The notes: generated from the letters alone by a model not told the origin. DNA of 64,000 bases from an uncultured Verrucomicrobiae bacterium (GCA_963760675.1 CAVXEG010000017.1:200515-264514), one strand, 5' to 3'; positions 12,391-23,369 are shown, counted from the stretch's first letter. A program made the numbers and translations.

Positions 12391-12720
12391 TTCAATAATG
12401 GCCTGTCCAAGCGTGATTTAGGGCGTTCCACTGCATAGTGAGAGAAATCATTGATTTCATTGGTCAAAGTCCAGATTTCCGAGCAAAACAAGACACTTAC
12501 CAGGGAAACCCGCGGACCATCACAATCCGCAGCACAAAAACAACTTGACTCGCCGGTCCGAATCCGTCCAAGATTCTCAGGCCAGCATCGGGAACTCACC
12601 GCCCGTAGAAATGGCGGTCTACCAACCAGCCTGTGGAAGAGGCAACGGTGGTTCAGACAACACCTGAGTGGGTGAAAGTGTCGATGTAGAAGAAAAGAGT
12701 ATCTCCATACGGCAGATTGA

Positions 12721-12756
12721 AAACCGTCCCGATGTTTGCGGACGGTTTATTTTTTG
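12721..12756 (+). terminator. Rho-independent terminator-like hairpin (aaaccgtccc..ggacggttt + TTTTTT)
   Basis: 9-bp GC-rich stem, then a T6 run on the plus strand. Confidence 0.5.
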
Positions 12757-13350
12757 CCGGCTTTCCCGATGTGTTTGAAAGAACACATCAACGATGAACA
12801 GTAGCACCTCGGGTCAGCGCCGAAATCATCGGCGCTGCCGTTTCTGAAAAGTCCTCAACCAACCCCTCCCGACATAGCAATTTCGTGCCACGGAAGCATC
12901 GTGCTTTTCCATCCGCTGACTGAGGCGGCGCGCAACTGGATGCGCGAACACTGTCCGAAAGGCGTGCGACCACACATACTTTGGCGGCGCTCTCGTAGTC
13001 GAGCCCCGCTATGTCGAAATCATTTTATTCCTTGCCGGCGAAGATGGGCTACTCGTTTGAGGACGGAACCAACACCACTCAAAGAGAGGCATACGCATGT
13101 GGTCCCTACCTCGAGATTATCCGATCAACGCCCGCGCCGCGAAGAATGCGGCGAGCTGAAACGCGAGGCCAAGTCGCAAACGCAAACCGAAGTGTGAACA
13201 TCACGACTGTACTGCAGGGCTGACGTTCGTTCCTGGTTTACGACATCTTCAGTGACGACCCAAAAGGCATTCGAACCTGTGTGAAGCCACAACGGATACT
13301 CGCGGCGACCCGGCTGAGGGCTATCTTCACTTGCTGCACTGCGGCGCGTC

Positions 13351-13611
13351 ATGGTCGAGAATTACACGTGGGAGATTTACCGCGTGGAGCGCGAGGGTGA
13401 GACCGTTTGTTTGAAATGCGCAGCTGAGGCGCATTTCAGCGACCCGGAGAATTGGATTGACCCGTGCGAAGTAAAGTACGTCGTGCTCGAACCGGACGTG
13501 GCAATCGCCTTTCGATTCGGAAAGTGGGGTGCTCAACGTGGCTCGCTGCCCGCATGTCCTCGGTGTGAAACAGCCGCTCCCGACTGGCATAGCGTTTCAC
13601 GAAAACGCTGA
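13351..13611 (+). CDS. Small hypothetical protein with paired CxxC motifs (zinc-ribbon-like)
   Basis: 86-aa ORF, VCLKCAAE...CPRCE. Confidence 0.3.
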   Translation: MVENYTWEIYRVEREGETVCLKCAAEAHFSDPENWIDPCEVKYVVLEPDVAIAFRFGKWGAQRGSLPACPRCETAAPDWHSVSRKR

Positions 13612-13899
13612 ATTCGACAGCATGGACGGTCACCAAATCGTCCGGGCGTCGTTTGCTCGACATGATTCAGGACCTCGACAGACCATTCGTGCCCGGTGCT
13701 CGACGCCGCATATCAGTTCGCCGTGAGCATTGGGCTTTATGTGCGCGCAACGGATTCCAAAATGCGACAGGAGGCAGCATGAACTCTCATGCGGCCTCCA
13801 TAGTCGGCTTCCACACAGAGTTTCAGTCGGACCAATCGGGCGCCAGGCTCGCGGTGGTTCCGAAATTCAAATTCATCAAGGCCGAAGGACGGCCGCGGT

Positions 13900-15007
13900 C
13901 GCGACATTGACGGGCTATGGATTCGCAACGGCCGTTTCTATTACCAACAATCGGTTCCGGGAAAAGGCTGCAGCCAAGCGCCCGCTGAAGGATACGCAAA
14001 ATCAGCCGGTCAGAGCATTCAACAGGCGAAGGACGCAATCGAGGCATTGCGTTTGAAAAGCGCGAAGGAGAAGTGCCTTGTTCGGGACGGGCTCCTCGGT
14101 TCAATGAATACGTAGAATATTACCTTACATGGATGAACCAGACGCAGGCGAAGAAGCCCAAAACACTGGTGCGGTGAGCGAAGTATTTTAAGGGCTGGGT
14201 CAAGTTTTTCGAGGCGTCCGTCTGAACCAAATCACTCAGCGAGACATCAACGGATACGCGCTAAAGCGGAAAAGCAGCACAGTAAGCAATCGAACCGTGA
14301 ATATGGCCGTGCTCGTGTTGGGAAATCTATTCCGCTTCGCCAGGAAGGACGGGGTATTTTCGGGCAAACTGCCGACTGACGGTTGGGAGAAGCTCGAATA
14401 TCACGCAGAGAAACAAAAGTTGTTTACCAAGGAGGAGATTGACCATTTCTGCGCCGTTGCAATTTCACAGAATGCGGACGGCACACCGCGATTCAAGAAC
14501 GGGGAGATGCTACGAGATGCTGTCCGGCTAATGAGTCTGTCAGGAGCCAGGTTGGCCTCTGCTCTGGCGCTTTGCTGGTCGGACATGAACTGGGAAAGAC
14601 GCCAGGTCACCTTTTGGCGGGATACGAAGTATTCAAAGACCATCATCGTCGATTTCAATCCTGAACTTGAGGCACTGCTGAAAGACTTACATTCGCGATG
14701 CCCCCCGGACACCGATGCACTGTTCCCAAGTAATCGGTCAGATGGCAGCGAAAGCATTGCTTCGTTGCGGAAATCTTTCGAACTCGTGCGCGAGGCCGCA
14801 AACCTGCCCGACTTCAAATTCCACTCGCTCAGGCACTATTTCGTCTCCAGGTGTGTGATGGCCGGAATCGACCTCCTGACCATCGCCGCGTGGGCGGGTC
14901 ATGCGGATACTGTCTTACATCTTAACCAAGACACGACGAATACTGAGCTTCATTCACCAGAAACCCGAAATGCCAACCTAAAGAGATGCCGTCCGACGCC
15001 AACATGA
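13900..15007 (+). CDS. int: Tyrosine recombinase / phage-type integrase. Catalytic C-terminal domain intact (14297..15007). N-terminal SAM-like domain split over 3 frames.
   Basis: HSLRHYFVSRCVMAGIDLLTIAAWAGHAD (HxxR...Y region) and LMSLSGARLASALALCWSDM. Upstream frames read IRNGRFYYQQ...AKDAIEALRLKS, typical of an integrase N-terminus. Confidence 0.7.
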
Positions 15008-15056
15008 TGACTAGACCCGAAGCGGCCTACATCCTCGACACCTTCCCCACCGCGAC

Positions 15057-15865
15057 ATGAATACCATTGGTCAGTTAATGAGGAACGCAAAGTCCGCATT
15101 GGCGCATCGAATGTTGAAGCAAACCGATCCGCGAGGATACGCGGCTTGCCCACAGGACAATCTGATTCAAGGTGTCGAGATGGGATTGTTTGAAACTGAG
15201 TTGCGGAGCGGGGACGGAGACGAACTGCGAATGAAATTCTGCGCCGCACACTCGTCGTCGGCGCTCGCCGCAAATAGTTTCGCGCCATTCAAACTCACAC
15301 CCAGTTCACGCTTGTCCTGTTGGGGCAGCACGGCTTCGACCGCGTTTGTTTTGAAAAGAAGCTGGATACCGGATTTCAGCGGAAGCCGAATCTCGATGTG
15401 TGGTTGGAGCATCCTAGTGGCGTGGTCGGCATCGAATCAAGACTTCTCGAATACATCATGCCCAAATTCGGCGCTTTCGGGGAACGGTATCAGCCTAAAG
15501 CTATGCCTTGGGTGGAAGACTGCTGGTGGAAGGTATGGAACGACGCGAAACAGGCGGGGAAGCAGCATCTGGATGTTGCGCAGTTGGCCAAGCATTACTT
15601 CGGCCTGAACCGGCTGTTGAAAAATGAGAAGCCTCCGGCCTCCGCGACGCTGCTGTATCTTTTTTGGGAACCGGGCAACGCCTCAGATTTCCCTGCGTTT
15701 CGCGAGCACCGTCGAGAAATCGAAGCTCTGTCCGTCGCCGTCAAGAGTTCTGTGGTCTCGTTTGAATGGCGGAGCTATCTTCAACTTTGGGCTGAATGGG
15801 AGCAGCAGCCTCTCCTTGTCCCGCATGTAGAAAATCTACGAAGCCGATATTTTTTGAGCTTATGA
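15057..15865 (+). CDS. Hypothetical protein (~265 aa), frame change near 15300
   Basis: ORFs 15057..15608 (N-terminus) and 15320..15865 (C-terminus) both protein-like. No confident domain call. Confidence 0.4.
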
Positions 15866-16094
15866 ATTCTTGGTATGACACCGTGAAGCGCAAGGACGGG
15901 GTACAGTTCAACGGCGACTTCCGAAGGCACGAAGCCAGAACAGCAACTTCTCTTTGATCCGCGCTTCTTAGAACAATACACGGGCGGACTGCCTCGAAGG
16001 CATCGTCACCCAGTGGGATGCTGCAAGGTATCAAGGCTGAACGCGATGCTGGCGTTGTCCTCGCCTTTGTGAATGACGGTCTTGCCAAGCTTGC

Positions 16095-16964
16095 TCAAAC
16101 AGGCATCGTGAACCGGCATTTCGGATACGCCGAGCATCCCCAGAATTGAGGGCCAGCGCTGTCCCCCTTCGTCGCCGTCCGCAACACCATTTCCTGTTCG
16201 CATTTCGGGCAAAACTTCCGTGTGTCGTTCAGGATCGTCAGCGTCTCAGGATCGAACCGACAATCGGTGTCCTCGATCATCTTTGCCAACCCGGCCTCGT
16301 TGACGATCTCGATGCCGTGCTTCTCGGCCAGTTGCTTTGCGTCTCCGGTGTAACCGCAAAGCGTGATGAAGACGCCCTTCGAGATTCCCGCGTCGGTCAA
16401 AGCGCCGAGAAATTCTCGTACGGCCTTTACGCCCACATTCCAAGTCCGCCATTGCTTGCATTGTACGGCCGAGCGTTGGCCGTCTTTCTCAATCACGAGA
16501 TCAATTCCGCCATCTGGATTCGCACCGCCTCGGCGAGTGACGGTGAAACCGAGCTTGCGATAAACCAGGGCGACCAACTTCTCGAATTGAAACCAATCAA
16601 TCGCCCGGAGTTGCTCCATTAAATCGGCGGTGGTCACCGGACTTTCCTCGCTGGCCGCAGGTACGATGATGATGTCTTCGCTCGCAGGTGTGGAAACCAG
16701 GGTGTCGAGCCTGGTCGTTGAAATCGGGAACGACGGCTTTCTCTCCGTTCGCCGGATCAAAAACACAACGAACGCCACGGCACCGAGGAAGATGATCGCT
16801 CCGATAAGAATGACGCCGAAACCGAGGAGCATCTGCCGGACTTGGGGCAGAAACATGCCAGCGAATACGAGAAAGGCGATCAACTGGGCCACGCCCAGCG
16901 CAATGTCCAATTCTCGATTTCGTCTGCGTCTTGCCACAACTTTGTCCCTCCATGCGCAGCGCAA
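16095..16964 (-). CDS. Membrane-anchored Mrr-like restriction endonuclease (PD-(D/E)xK, Mrr_cat) with C-terminal topoisomerase-type C4 zinc ribbon
   Basis: Two N-terminal TM helices. GGIDLVIEKDGQRSAVQCKQW core motif. C-terminal FCPKCEQEM...FWGCSAYPKCRF. Confidence 0.7.
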   Translation of the reverse strand: MRCAWRDKVVARRRRNRELDIALGVAQLIAFLVFAGMFLPQVRQMLLGFGVILIGAIIFLGAVAFVVFLIRRTERKPSFPISTTRLDTLVSTPASEDIIIVPAASEESPVTTADLMEQLRAIDWFQFEKLVALVYRKLGFTVTRRGGANPDGGIDLVIEKDGQRSAVQCKQWRTWNVGVKAVREFLGALTDAGISKGVFITLCGYTGDAKQLAEKHGIEIVNEAGLAKMIEDTDCRFDPETLTILNDTRKFCPKCEQEMVLRTATKGDSAGPQFWGCSAYPKCRFTMPV

Positions 16965-17168
16965 AAAGTGCCGCTACTGCGCCTCCTCACCAGCCTGGAA
17001 CATTTTTATTACGATCATGAATCGCAATCGACTTCACTGTCCGACGACAGTATGGCGAATGGTTTCGATTTCGGCGAAGCCATTTTTGAGGCGGTGGTGC
17101 CGTTCCCGACGATTGTGGAACTGCGCCCGTAGTTTAACTTCGTTGCTGTTTCACGTCGCGTGTGATAT

Positions 17169-17450
17169 TTGAAATCCGTGCTTCAGAAACAACTTGGACG
17201 GCGCATCGCTGAATTGCGCAAGAATCGAGGGCTGACGCAAATGCAACTTGCGAAGTCCTTGGGTTGCTCCGTGGAGTTTATCAGCCTGGTCGAGCGTGGT
17301 GTGAACGCCCCGTCCGTTGCCCGGCTGGAAGATTTTGCCAGGGTGTTGAAGGTGGAGGTCGTCGATCTGTTTAAGTTCGCTGGCCGGAAGCCAACTCGCA
17401 TCAGGAAAGTTCGGATCAGCAAGAGAGGGGGATCATGGATTCCCAACTGA
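17169..17450 (+). CDS. XRE-family helix-turn-helix transcriptional regulator
   Basis: LTQMQLAKSLGCSVEFISLVERG HTH signature. Confidence 0.75.
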   Translation: MKSVLQKQLGRRIAELRKNRGLTQMQLAKSLGCSVEFISLVERGVNAPSVARLEDFARVLKVEVVDLFKFAGRKPTRIRKVRISKRGGSWIPN

Positions 17451-17758
17451 CCTTTTACCAGTTTAGCCGCTCGAAAGTGGAATCAGGAGATTTCAGTCAT
17501 TTCCTCGCCCTATATGGGCCAAATCCATGACCGAACAAGAGTTTCAAAGCGTCTATCCGTGGTCGCCGCCTGGATTCAACAGACGCTGGCACACCACGCC
17601 TCGGCATCACAATCCGTGACCTCGTTCGGCTTCAGACGTCTGCCGCATTATTACAGCCACGACATTCTGAACTGAGCAAAGGTCGTTGTCGTGCCGACGG
17701 GTGCCGATACCGCCACTGTCAGCGATGGGCCTCGACCGGTTCAGGGATTTCGAGCAAC

Positions 17759-18067
17759 ATGGAGGCTGGAGGCATCACGTACCTCGACACGTATTTCGTT
17801 CGCGCTGACGAAGCTCAGTCGGAATCGCTCCACTTTCACGAACTCGTTCACGTCATCCAGTGGCGGTTGCTCGGCCCGGAAAAGTTTCTGGCGCTGTACG
17901 CCGATGGCTTGGAACGCTTCGGCTACCGGAACAGCCCGCTGGAAGTCATGGCCTACGAATTACAGGAGAGGTTTGAGCGCGAACAGCAACCGTTCGACGT
18001 TGAGGCCGCATGTCAGAAAGCTACTCTGGAATGTAACCAGCCACGGAGCAAGAGGCGCATCCCTTGA
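17759..18067 (+). CDS. HExxH metallopeptidase-like protein (ImmA/IrrE, DUF955-like), partner of the XRE regulator
   Basis: HFHELVHVIQW motif. Immediately downstream of the XRE gene. True start may lie upstream in another frame. Confidence 0.45.
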   Translation: MEAGGITYLDTYFVRADEAQSESLHFHELVHVIQWRLLGPEKFLALYADGLERFGYRNSPLEVMAYELQERFEREQQPFDVEAACQKATLECNQPRSKRRIP

Positions 18068-18073
18068 CCGCAC

Positions 18074-18421
18074 ATGAGCGCGATTCGCACATACAACGTC
18101 GAGGCCGGGCTGCCCGTTCTCGACGAGGCGCGGCGGCTGGTCATCGGAGAAATCAAGCGGGCCAAGCGCGACGGAGTGAAGGTGCTAAAGGTGATTCACG
18201 GTTACGGCTCATCGGGCAAGGGCGGAGCACTCTGTGTCGGGCTGCGCAAATCGTTCGGGCTTGCGGAAAAAGGAAGGGGTCATCAAGGATTTCGTTGCGG
18301 GCGAGGATTTTTCAATTTTCAACCAACGGTGCTGGCCCTGCTGGAAGCCGTACCGGAGTTGCGCGGCGATCCTGATTTGGGCGCAACCAATGAAGGCGTC
18401 ACCATCCTCTGGCTGAAGTGA
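18074..18421 (+). CDS. Smr domain protein
   Basis: LPVLDEARRLVIGEIKRAKRDGVKVLKVIHGYGSSGKGGAL resembles the Smr nuclease domain. Tail possibly frameshifted. Confidence 0.55.
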   Translation: MSAIRTYNVEAGLPVLDEARRLVIGEIKRAKRDGVKVLKVIHGYGSSGKGGALCVGLRKSFGLAEKGRGHQGFRCGRGFFNFQPTVLALLEAVPELRGDPDLGATNEGVTILWLK

Positions 18422-18479
18422 GCACCCGGTCGAGGTTCCGAATGAAACGACGAACGCTTCAAGCAGCTTCGCCCGAAAC

Positions 18480-18809
18480 GACAGCCACACGACCACCACA
18501 ATGTTTACGTCGTGCTGCTCGATCCCGCCGTCGGCAAAATCCGAAAGGTGCGTGCCGAAAACCCGAAGCGCGATCCGCAAGAAGCCGTGCGTTTACGTGG
18601 GCATGACGGGACTGACGCCGGAGGAACGCTTCGCCAATCACAAGGCCGGGATCAAGGACGCTTCGCTGGTGAAGCGCTACGGCATCCGCCTCCTGCCGGA
18701 ATTGTACGAGCACTTGAACCCCATGCCGTTCGAGGCGGCGGCGCAGATGGAGAAGGATTTGGCGGAGGATTTGCGCCGCGCCGGTTACACGGTCACAGGC
18801 GGGCATTGA
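18480..18809 (+). CDS. GIY-YIG-like nuclease domain protein (frameshifted N-terminus)
   Basis: NVYVVLLD...KKPCVYVGMTGLTPEERFANHK resembles GIY..YIG..R..H spacing. Confidence 0.4.
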   Translation, partial: DSHTTTTMFTSCCSIPPSAKSERCVPKTRSAIRKKPCVYVGMTGLTPEERFANHKAGIKDASLVKRYGIRLLPELYEHLNPMPFEAAAQMEKDLAEDLRRAGYTVTGGH

Positions 18810-18853
18810 GAAAATCCGTGCGAGGTATTCGGCTACACAGCTTTGCTACGAGA

Positions 18854-19540
18854 TCAGCTTCGCCAGCGCATAAGCCACACCGGCTGCGCCCCTCCGACCA
18901 GCACCGTTTGCAGGGCGCTCTTGATCTTGGAGACGCCCGTGAACTTTCCCTTCACGAAGCCGAACACCGCCAACGCCGTCAGCGTGAACACGACCGAGAA
19001 GTAGAACGCCGTCTTGATGTCGTGGAAGGCGATGTACGGGGCGAGCGGGATGATCCCGCCGACAATGTAGGACACCGCAATCGTCACGGCGCTTTGCAGT
19101 GCCCGCTTCGGATCGGGTTCCTCAAGGCCCAACTCGAAGCGCATCATGAAATCCCGCCAAGCCTTCGGTTTGGTGCGCAGGCCCGCGACGACCGGCCCGT
19201 ATTCCTGATCCGTCAGCCCATACTGCCGGAAGAACTCGGCCACTTCCTCCGCCTCGACCTCCGGCTTCTCTCGGATTTCGGCTTCCTCCCGCGCCAGTTC
19301 GCTCTGGTAGTGCTCCACTTCGCTCCGGGCGGCCAGATAACCGCCCAGGCCCATCGCTATCGAGCCAGCGGCGATCTCGGCGAAGCCAGCCGTGACGACA
19401 ATGTGGGCTGCGCTGATGGCTCCCGAAATCCCTGCCGCCAGGGCGAACGGCACCGTCAGCCCGTCCGACATGCCGATCACGATGTCTTTTACCGTGTCGC
19501 CGCCTCGAAAGTGTTCTTCCCGATGATAGAGGGTATCCAT
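18854..19540 (-). CDS. VIT1/CCC1-family iron/manganese transporter
   Basis: DGLTVPFALAAG motif with 3-4 TM helices in the C-terminal half. Start taken at MDTLYHREEHF. Confidence 0.7.
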   Translation of the reverse strand: MDTLYHREEHFRGGDTVKDIVIGMSDGLTVPFALAAGISGAISAAHIVVTAGFAEIAAGSIAMGLGGYLAARSEVEHYQSELAREEAEIREKPEVEAEEVAEFFRQYGLTDQEYGPVVAGLRTKPKAWRDFMMRFELGLEEPDPKRALQSAVTIAVSYIVGGIIPLAPYIAFHDIKTAFYFSVVFTLTALAVFGFVKGKFTGVSKIKSALQTVLVGGAQPVWLMRWRS

Positions 19541-20095
19541 ACCGGGCAGGGTAGTTGCGAGAGTGCGGTTCAACAAGCGATCTGCGACTCTGCTGCGTTG
19601 GGATGAACGGAGGTCAGCTAACCGCCGACAGTCTTGTCAACAACCCAGAAGACCGCTGTTCCGTTTTGTTGTTCCTCACTGCTATTCCCAACGCTTTCTG
19701 CTGGCCAACGAGAACGACGAGCTTCTTGCCCCGCGTCGCCCCCCACGAGACAGATTGACGGAGTGATGGAATTTAAACACGAATACCGAGGCACGAAACA
19801 TCACGGGATCGACTTCGTCACGATGAGCGGTTTTCGCATCAACCGATTCGGATATTTGAATTCAAGATATTTGCACCCCCACAAAGTATAAGTGGACTGT
19901 AACCATGATCTCGTGATACACGTCTTGCACGTTCGATGAGAAACTGCATCAACATATCAGCCACGAGTTGGCCGACGATGACGGTCGCGAAAGCGACACG
20001 TCATAGCCGGTATAACCCGGGTTGTGCGTTTAGCCAGAGGCTATCCCTCGCATCCATCGGGCAACGGCCCGAAGGTAATTTGGATAGTCCCGGAG

Positions 20096-20170
20096 GTAAG
20101 CAGGTTTAAAGAATCGAACGAAAGATTTCTCTCACCCTGCTTACCGCAATGTAAGCAGGGTTTTTTGTTT
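20096..20170 (+). promoter_or_regulatory. Attenuator-like element: gtaagcagg (20096-20104) and gtaagcaggg (20151-20160) can each pair with ccctgcttac (20135-20144). The downstream pairing is followed by T6, giving antiterminator/terminator alternatives.
   Basis: Direct sequence inspection. Upstream ~230 nt is structured and GC-rich. Lies ~500 bp upstream of ECF sigma 20664. Confidence 0.4.
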
Positions 20171-20473
20171 CCCTGAAACTGACGGTGAAATGGCAGCAAC
20201 GAAAGGTGAACAGTCTGTGAACGATAACAAAGTGACGTCTTGATGATGTCTGACAGTGCCAAACGAATTGAGGCGCAGGAACGCCGAGGCGTTCCACCGA
20301 TGTGGTGTGCCCACGCGGAGCGAATACGCGCGCCGAGACGATTTGAAACGCTTTTACATTTTAAGGGCTTCGGAGGAGGTGTGCCCCTAAACACCGAAAC
20401 AGCCGCCGTGAATCCGCGGGTTGGGATCGCAAGTAGATCACAAGAGGTGTTTGTTCTTTATTGAAATGGCATG

Positions 20474-20508
20474 GGCCGGGACTGAAACAAGTCCCGGCCT
20501 TTCAATTT
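20474..20508 (+). terminator. Hairpin gggccgggac..gtcccggcc followed by TTTCAATTT
   Basis: 9-bp GC stem with interrupted T tract. Same hairpin+TTTCAATTT architecture recurs at 22995, 31180 and 32833. Confidence 0.45.
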
Positions 20509-20663
20509 ACTCCCTGCGCCAAGCCAATTCGCGTTCACCTTTCGACAACTGGCGCGTAGCAACACCGGCTCAGTTATACCCACGATAAAGTCAGCGAAGA
20601 TGTCATGTTATCTATGCTTATACCGTTTAGTTCGCCGCCGCAAACGCGCTGCCGCCATCACTA

Positions 20664-21266
20664 TTGAGTGACGATATGAATTCATCAGAGCTGGACACCA
20701 GCGCGGATTGGACCGACGGAGATTACGTCGAGAGCAGCCGCAACGGCTGCCCTGAGCACTTCCGGTTGCTGGTGCAACGGTATCAGAAACCGCTGTTCGC
20801 GTATCTGTCGAGCCGCATTGGCGACCGATCTGAAGTTGAAGAAGCCGCGCAGGAATCATTCGTGCGGGCTTTTCTGTCTTTAAAAAAGCTGCGGAAACCG
20901 GAGTCGTTTTACTCCTGGCTGATCGGCATCGCAGGTCGGGTCGCCAAGGAACAATTCCGTTCAGCCGCGCACCGCGAGAGAGATCGTGGAGCAGCCGAAA
21001 CCATGCTGATGGATGCGGGAGATGGCCGGGAGGAATATCCGTTGGAGGAAGTCATCGCCGTTCTGCCTGAAAACTATCGTCGGGTGATTCTGCTGCGGTA
21101 TTACGAAGGGCTTTCCTGTCAGGAAGTGGCCACACGCCTCGAACTGCCGCTGGGCACGATCACCAAAACGCTCTCGCGAGCTTACGCCCTGCTTCGGCAG
21201 GAACTCCAAGCGCGCGAAAGCGGCAACGAAACATTCAAACAAACTGAACCACATGAACTGCGCTGA
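20664..21266 (+). CDS. RNA polymerase sigma-70 ECF-subfamily factor
   Basis: 200 aa. FRLLVQRYQKPLFAYLSSRIGDRSEVEEAAQESFVRAF and LSCQEVATRLELPLGTITKTLSRA. Confidence 0.8.
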   Translation: MSDDMNSSELDTSADWTDGDYVESSRNGCPEHFRLLVQRYQKPLFAYLSSRIGDRSEVEEAAQESFVRAFLSLKKLRKPESFYSWLIGIAGRVAKEQFRSAAHRERDRGAAETMLMDAGDGREEYPLEEVIAVLPENYRRVILLRYYEGLSCQEVATRLELPLGTITKTLSRAYALLRQELQARESGNETFKQTEPHELR

Positions 21267-22963
21267 ATGTCGGGACAATTTAGTTGCTTGCGCGGAAGGG
21301 TTGCTTGACCGCGAGGCGTCGCTGGAATGCCAGGCACATTTGGAGACGTGTGCGTCGTGTTGCGCCGAATTTGAGGCGATCACGAAATTGCAGCAGCGAC
21401 TGATTAATCGAGGTGAAACGGCATCCGAACTGGCAATTGTCGAACCGGTCATGCAGCGAATCCGAAAGGAACAGTTCATACCGGAAAGAGAGACAATCAT
21501 GAGCAGGATGTTGAAACATAGTTGGGCATGGGGCTTTGGAGCGGCCGCGGCGGCGCTTTTGATCGCAGTTATCGTTGGGAGCGCACCGAATGTACAGGCG
21601 AAAGCAGCGGAGGTTTTGACAAAAGGCGCGCAGGCGATTGCGAAACTCACGACCATTCACTTGCGTGGACAGTTGCGCACGTTGCCGGCGGATAACTTCA
21701 GTTACATCGATTACCGCTGCGACTTCGCTCCCATTGAACTCTGGAAAGAGTTTGATCCGGAACTCAAATGGCGCGTGGACAAACCCGGTCGCAAAGCAGT
21801 CATGAATGGAAAGACCACGGTGCTTTACATCAACGCGAACAATAGCGGTTACAAAATTAATTCGCCGACACAAAGCGCGTTCGACACAGCATGGCTCCAT
21901 ATGATTGCGAACCTGAGCAGCACGATTACGAATGAACTCTTCAACGCGCAAAAGAGAGGTTGGAAGCTGGAACTTGAGGAGAAAAGCGGCAGCGATGGCA
22001 GGATAAAATCCATCGTGACGGTTCATGCGATGACAGGTTTGCCGGACACGGATCATCTGAAGAACGCTTTCTTCGACATCGCCGACACGCGGCGCGTGTA
22101 TCACTTCGACACCGGGTCCGAATTGCTTGAAGCCGTGCAGGTGTATCTCGTCCGGCCCGAAGGCGAGGTGCTGATCTTCGACCTGAATCAAATCGAATAC
22201 AACCAGCCGCTCACTGCCGAAACCTGGCAACTCAGCATTCCCGCGGATGTGACCTGGGAGCGCGATCCACAAGTGTTGCCGGATAATCAGAAGTACGCCG
22301 CGATGACCGCCGAACAAGCTGCCCGCGCGTTTTTCGAAGCGTGTGGTCGCGAGGATTGGACTGAGGTGGAGAAATTCGTTTCAACTCTGACTCCGTCGTT
22401 CAAACAATATCTCGGCGGCATCCAGATCATCAGCCTCGGTGAATCCTTTTCGTCGCAGGTGCAGAACACGAATCTCCAGCGTTTTGTTCCTTACGAAATC
22501 AAATTGCGCCCGCAGGATATGTATTTACGGCTCTCGAATTCCAATCAGGCGAAGCGCTTCGTCCTGACCGCGCAACTCGACAGCAACATGAAAGTTGAAG
22601 AAGACTTCAAGTGGACAACCGAGCCACCGGTGCTCGCTGCCGATGACGTCTGCGCGAAGATGTCACCTGCTGAAGTTGCGAAGGCGTTGTTCGACGCCTC
22701 TCGGAAATTGGATTGGGACACAATCGCTAAAATTGTTCCTGAGAGCACCGTCACCAGACTCAAACAACAAGTCACCGAAGCGCAGAAAGCGGGAATCGAT
22801 GTGCGTAAACTTGATTCCCGAAATGGAAATCATTGATGCATCCTGGTCAGAATCGCAATCGGCGTGGCTCGTCAAAGCGCGTGTCGCTCACGTGAAGAAA
22901 TGGAATCTCGCTCTGAGGAGGGACAATCCGACTGGGCGGTGGCAATTCGATGGCGGACTGTAA
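21253..22963 (+). CDS. Anti-sigma factor with N-terminal zf-HC2 (CAECRDNL...C..H..C..CC), one TM helix and a large extracytoplasmic domain with repeated NTF2-like modules. Last ~50 aa in a shifted frame.
   Basis: ORF 21253..22836 overlaps the sigma stop. C-terminal module continues in frame of ORF 22595..22963. Confidence 0.65.
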
Positions 22964-22994
22964 GTGACGGAACTTTGTCCTTTAATGACACAAC

Positions 22995-23036
22995 GCGGGC
23001 CGGAAGTGCAATGACGCTTCCGGCCCTTTCAATTTC
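22995..23036 (+). terminator. Hairpin gcgggccggaag..cttccggccc followed by TTTCAATTTC
   Basis: Sits after the anti-sigma stop. Leads directly into the first tRNA of block D. Confidence 0.5.
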
Positions 23037-23111
23037 GCGGTTGTGATTTAACAGCCAGAATGGCTCCTCGCCAGGGAGCATGTCCGGGCGCAACTCCCGG
23101 CGACCGCACCA
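23037..23111 (+). tRNA. tRNA-like. Anticodon region ambiguous (loop tcgccag, GCC-like). T-loop CGCAACT.
   Basis: Acceptor gcggttg/cgaccgc. Encoded CCA 23109-23111 followed by ATTT. Confidence 0.45.
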
Positions 23112-23120
23112 ATTTATAAT

Positions 23121-23194
23121 ACGCCGAGCGCCAGCTTGCGCAGCAGAGTCTCCAAAACTCCGTTTGCCTGGGGCAGCACCAGGGCGGCGTGCCA
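23121..23194 (+). tRNA. tRNA-Trp(CCA)-like, T-loop GGCAGCA
   Basis: Acceptor acgccga/gcggcgt. Anticodon loop ctCCAaa. CCA 23192-23194. Confidence 0.5.
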
Positions 23195-23204
23195 ATCATT
23201 TCAT

Positions 23205-23280
23205 GGGGCCGTGGCTGAAAAGTGAAGCGCCTGCCTTGCAAGCAGTGTCAAGCGGGAGCGTTACCCGCCGGACTCCACCA
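23205..23280 (+). tRNA. tRNA-Ala(TGC)-like, T-loop AGCGTTA
   Basis: Anticodon arm ctgc-ctTGCaa-gcag. Encoded CCA. Confidence 0.5.
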
Positions 23281-23286
23281 TTTCAT

Positions 23287-23364
23287 TGCGGGGAACTCGA
23301 CTAAAGCACAGAGCGAAGCCTCATAAACTTCGTCAGGCAGGTGTGATTCCTGCCCCCGCTACCA
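23287..23364 (+). tRNA. tRNA-like, possible CAT anticodon in an enlarged loop. T-loop TGTGATT.
   Basis: Acceptor tgcgggg/ccccgct. CCA 23362-23364 then TTTCC. Confidence 0.4.
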
Positions 23365-23369
23365 TTTCC

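Noticed and set aside
20041-20110. SRP (4.5S) RNA-like motif tcccggaggtaagcagg
   Set aside because: Only a partial match to the GGAA-tetraloop/AGCAGC helix-8 consensus, with no symmetric internal loop partner. Better explained as part of the attenuator hairpins.
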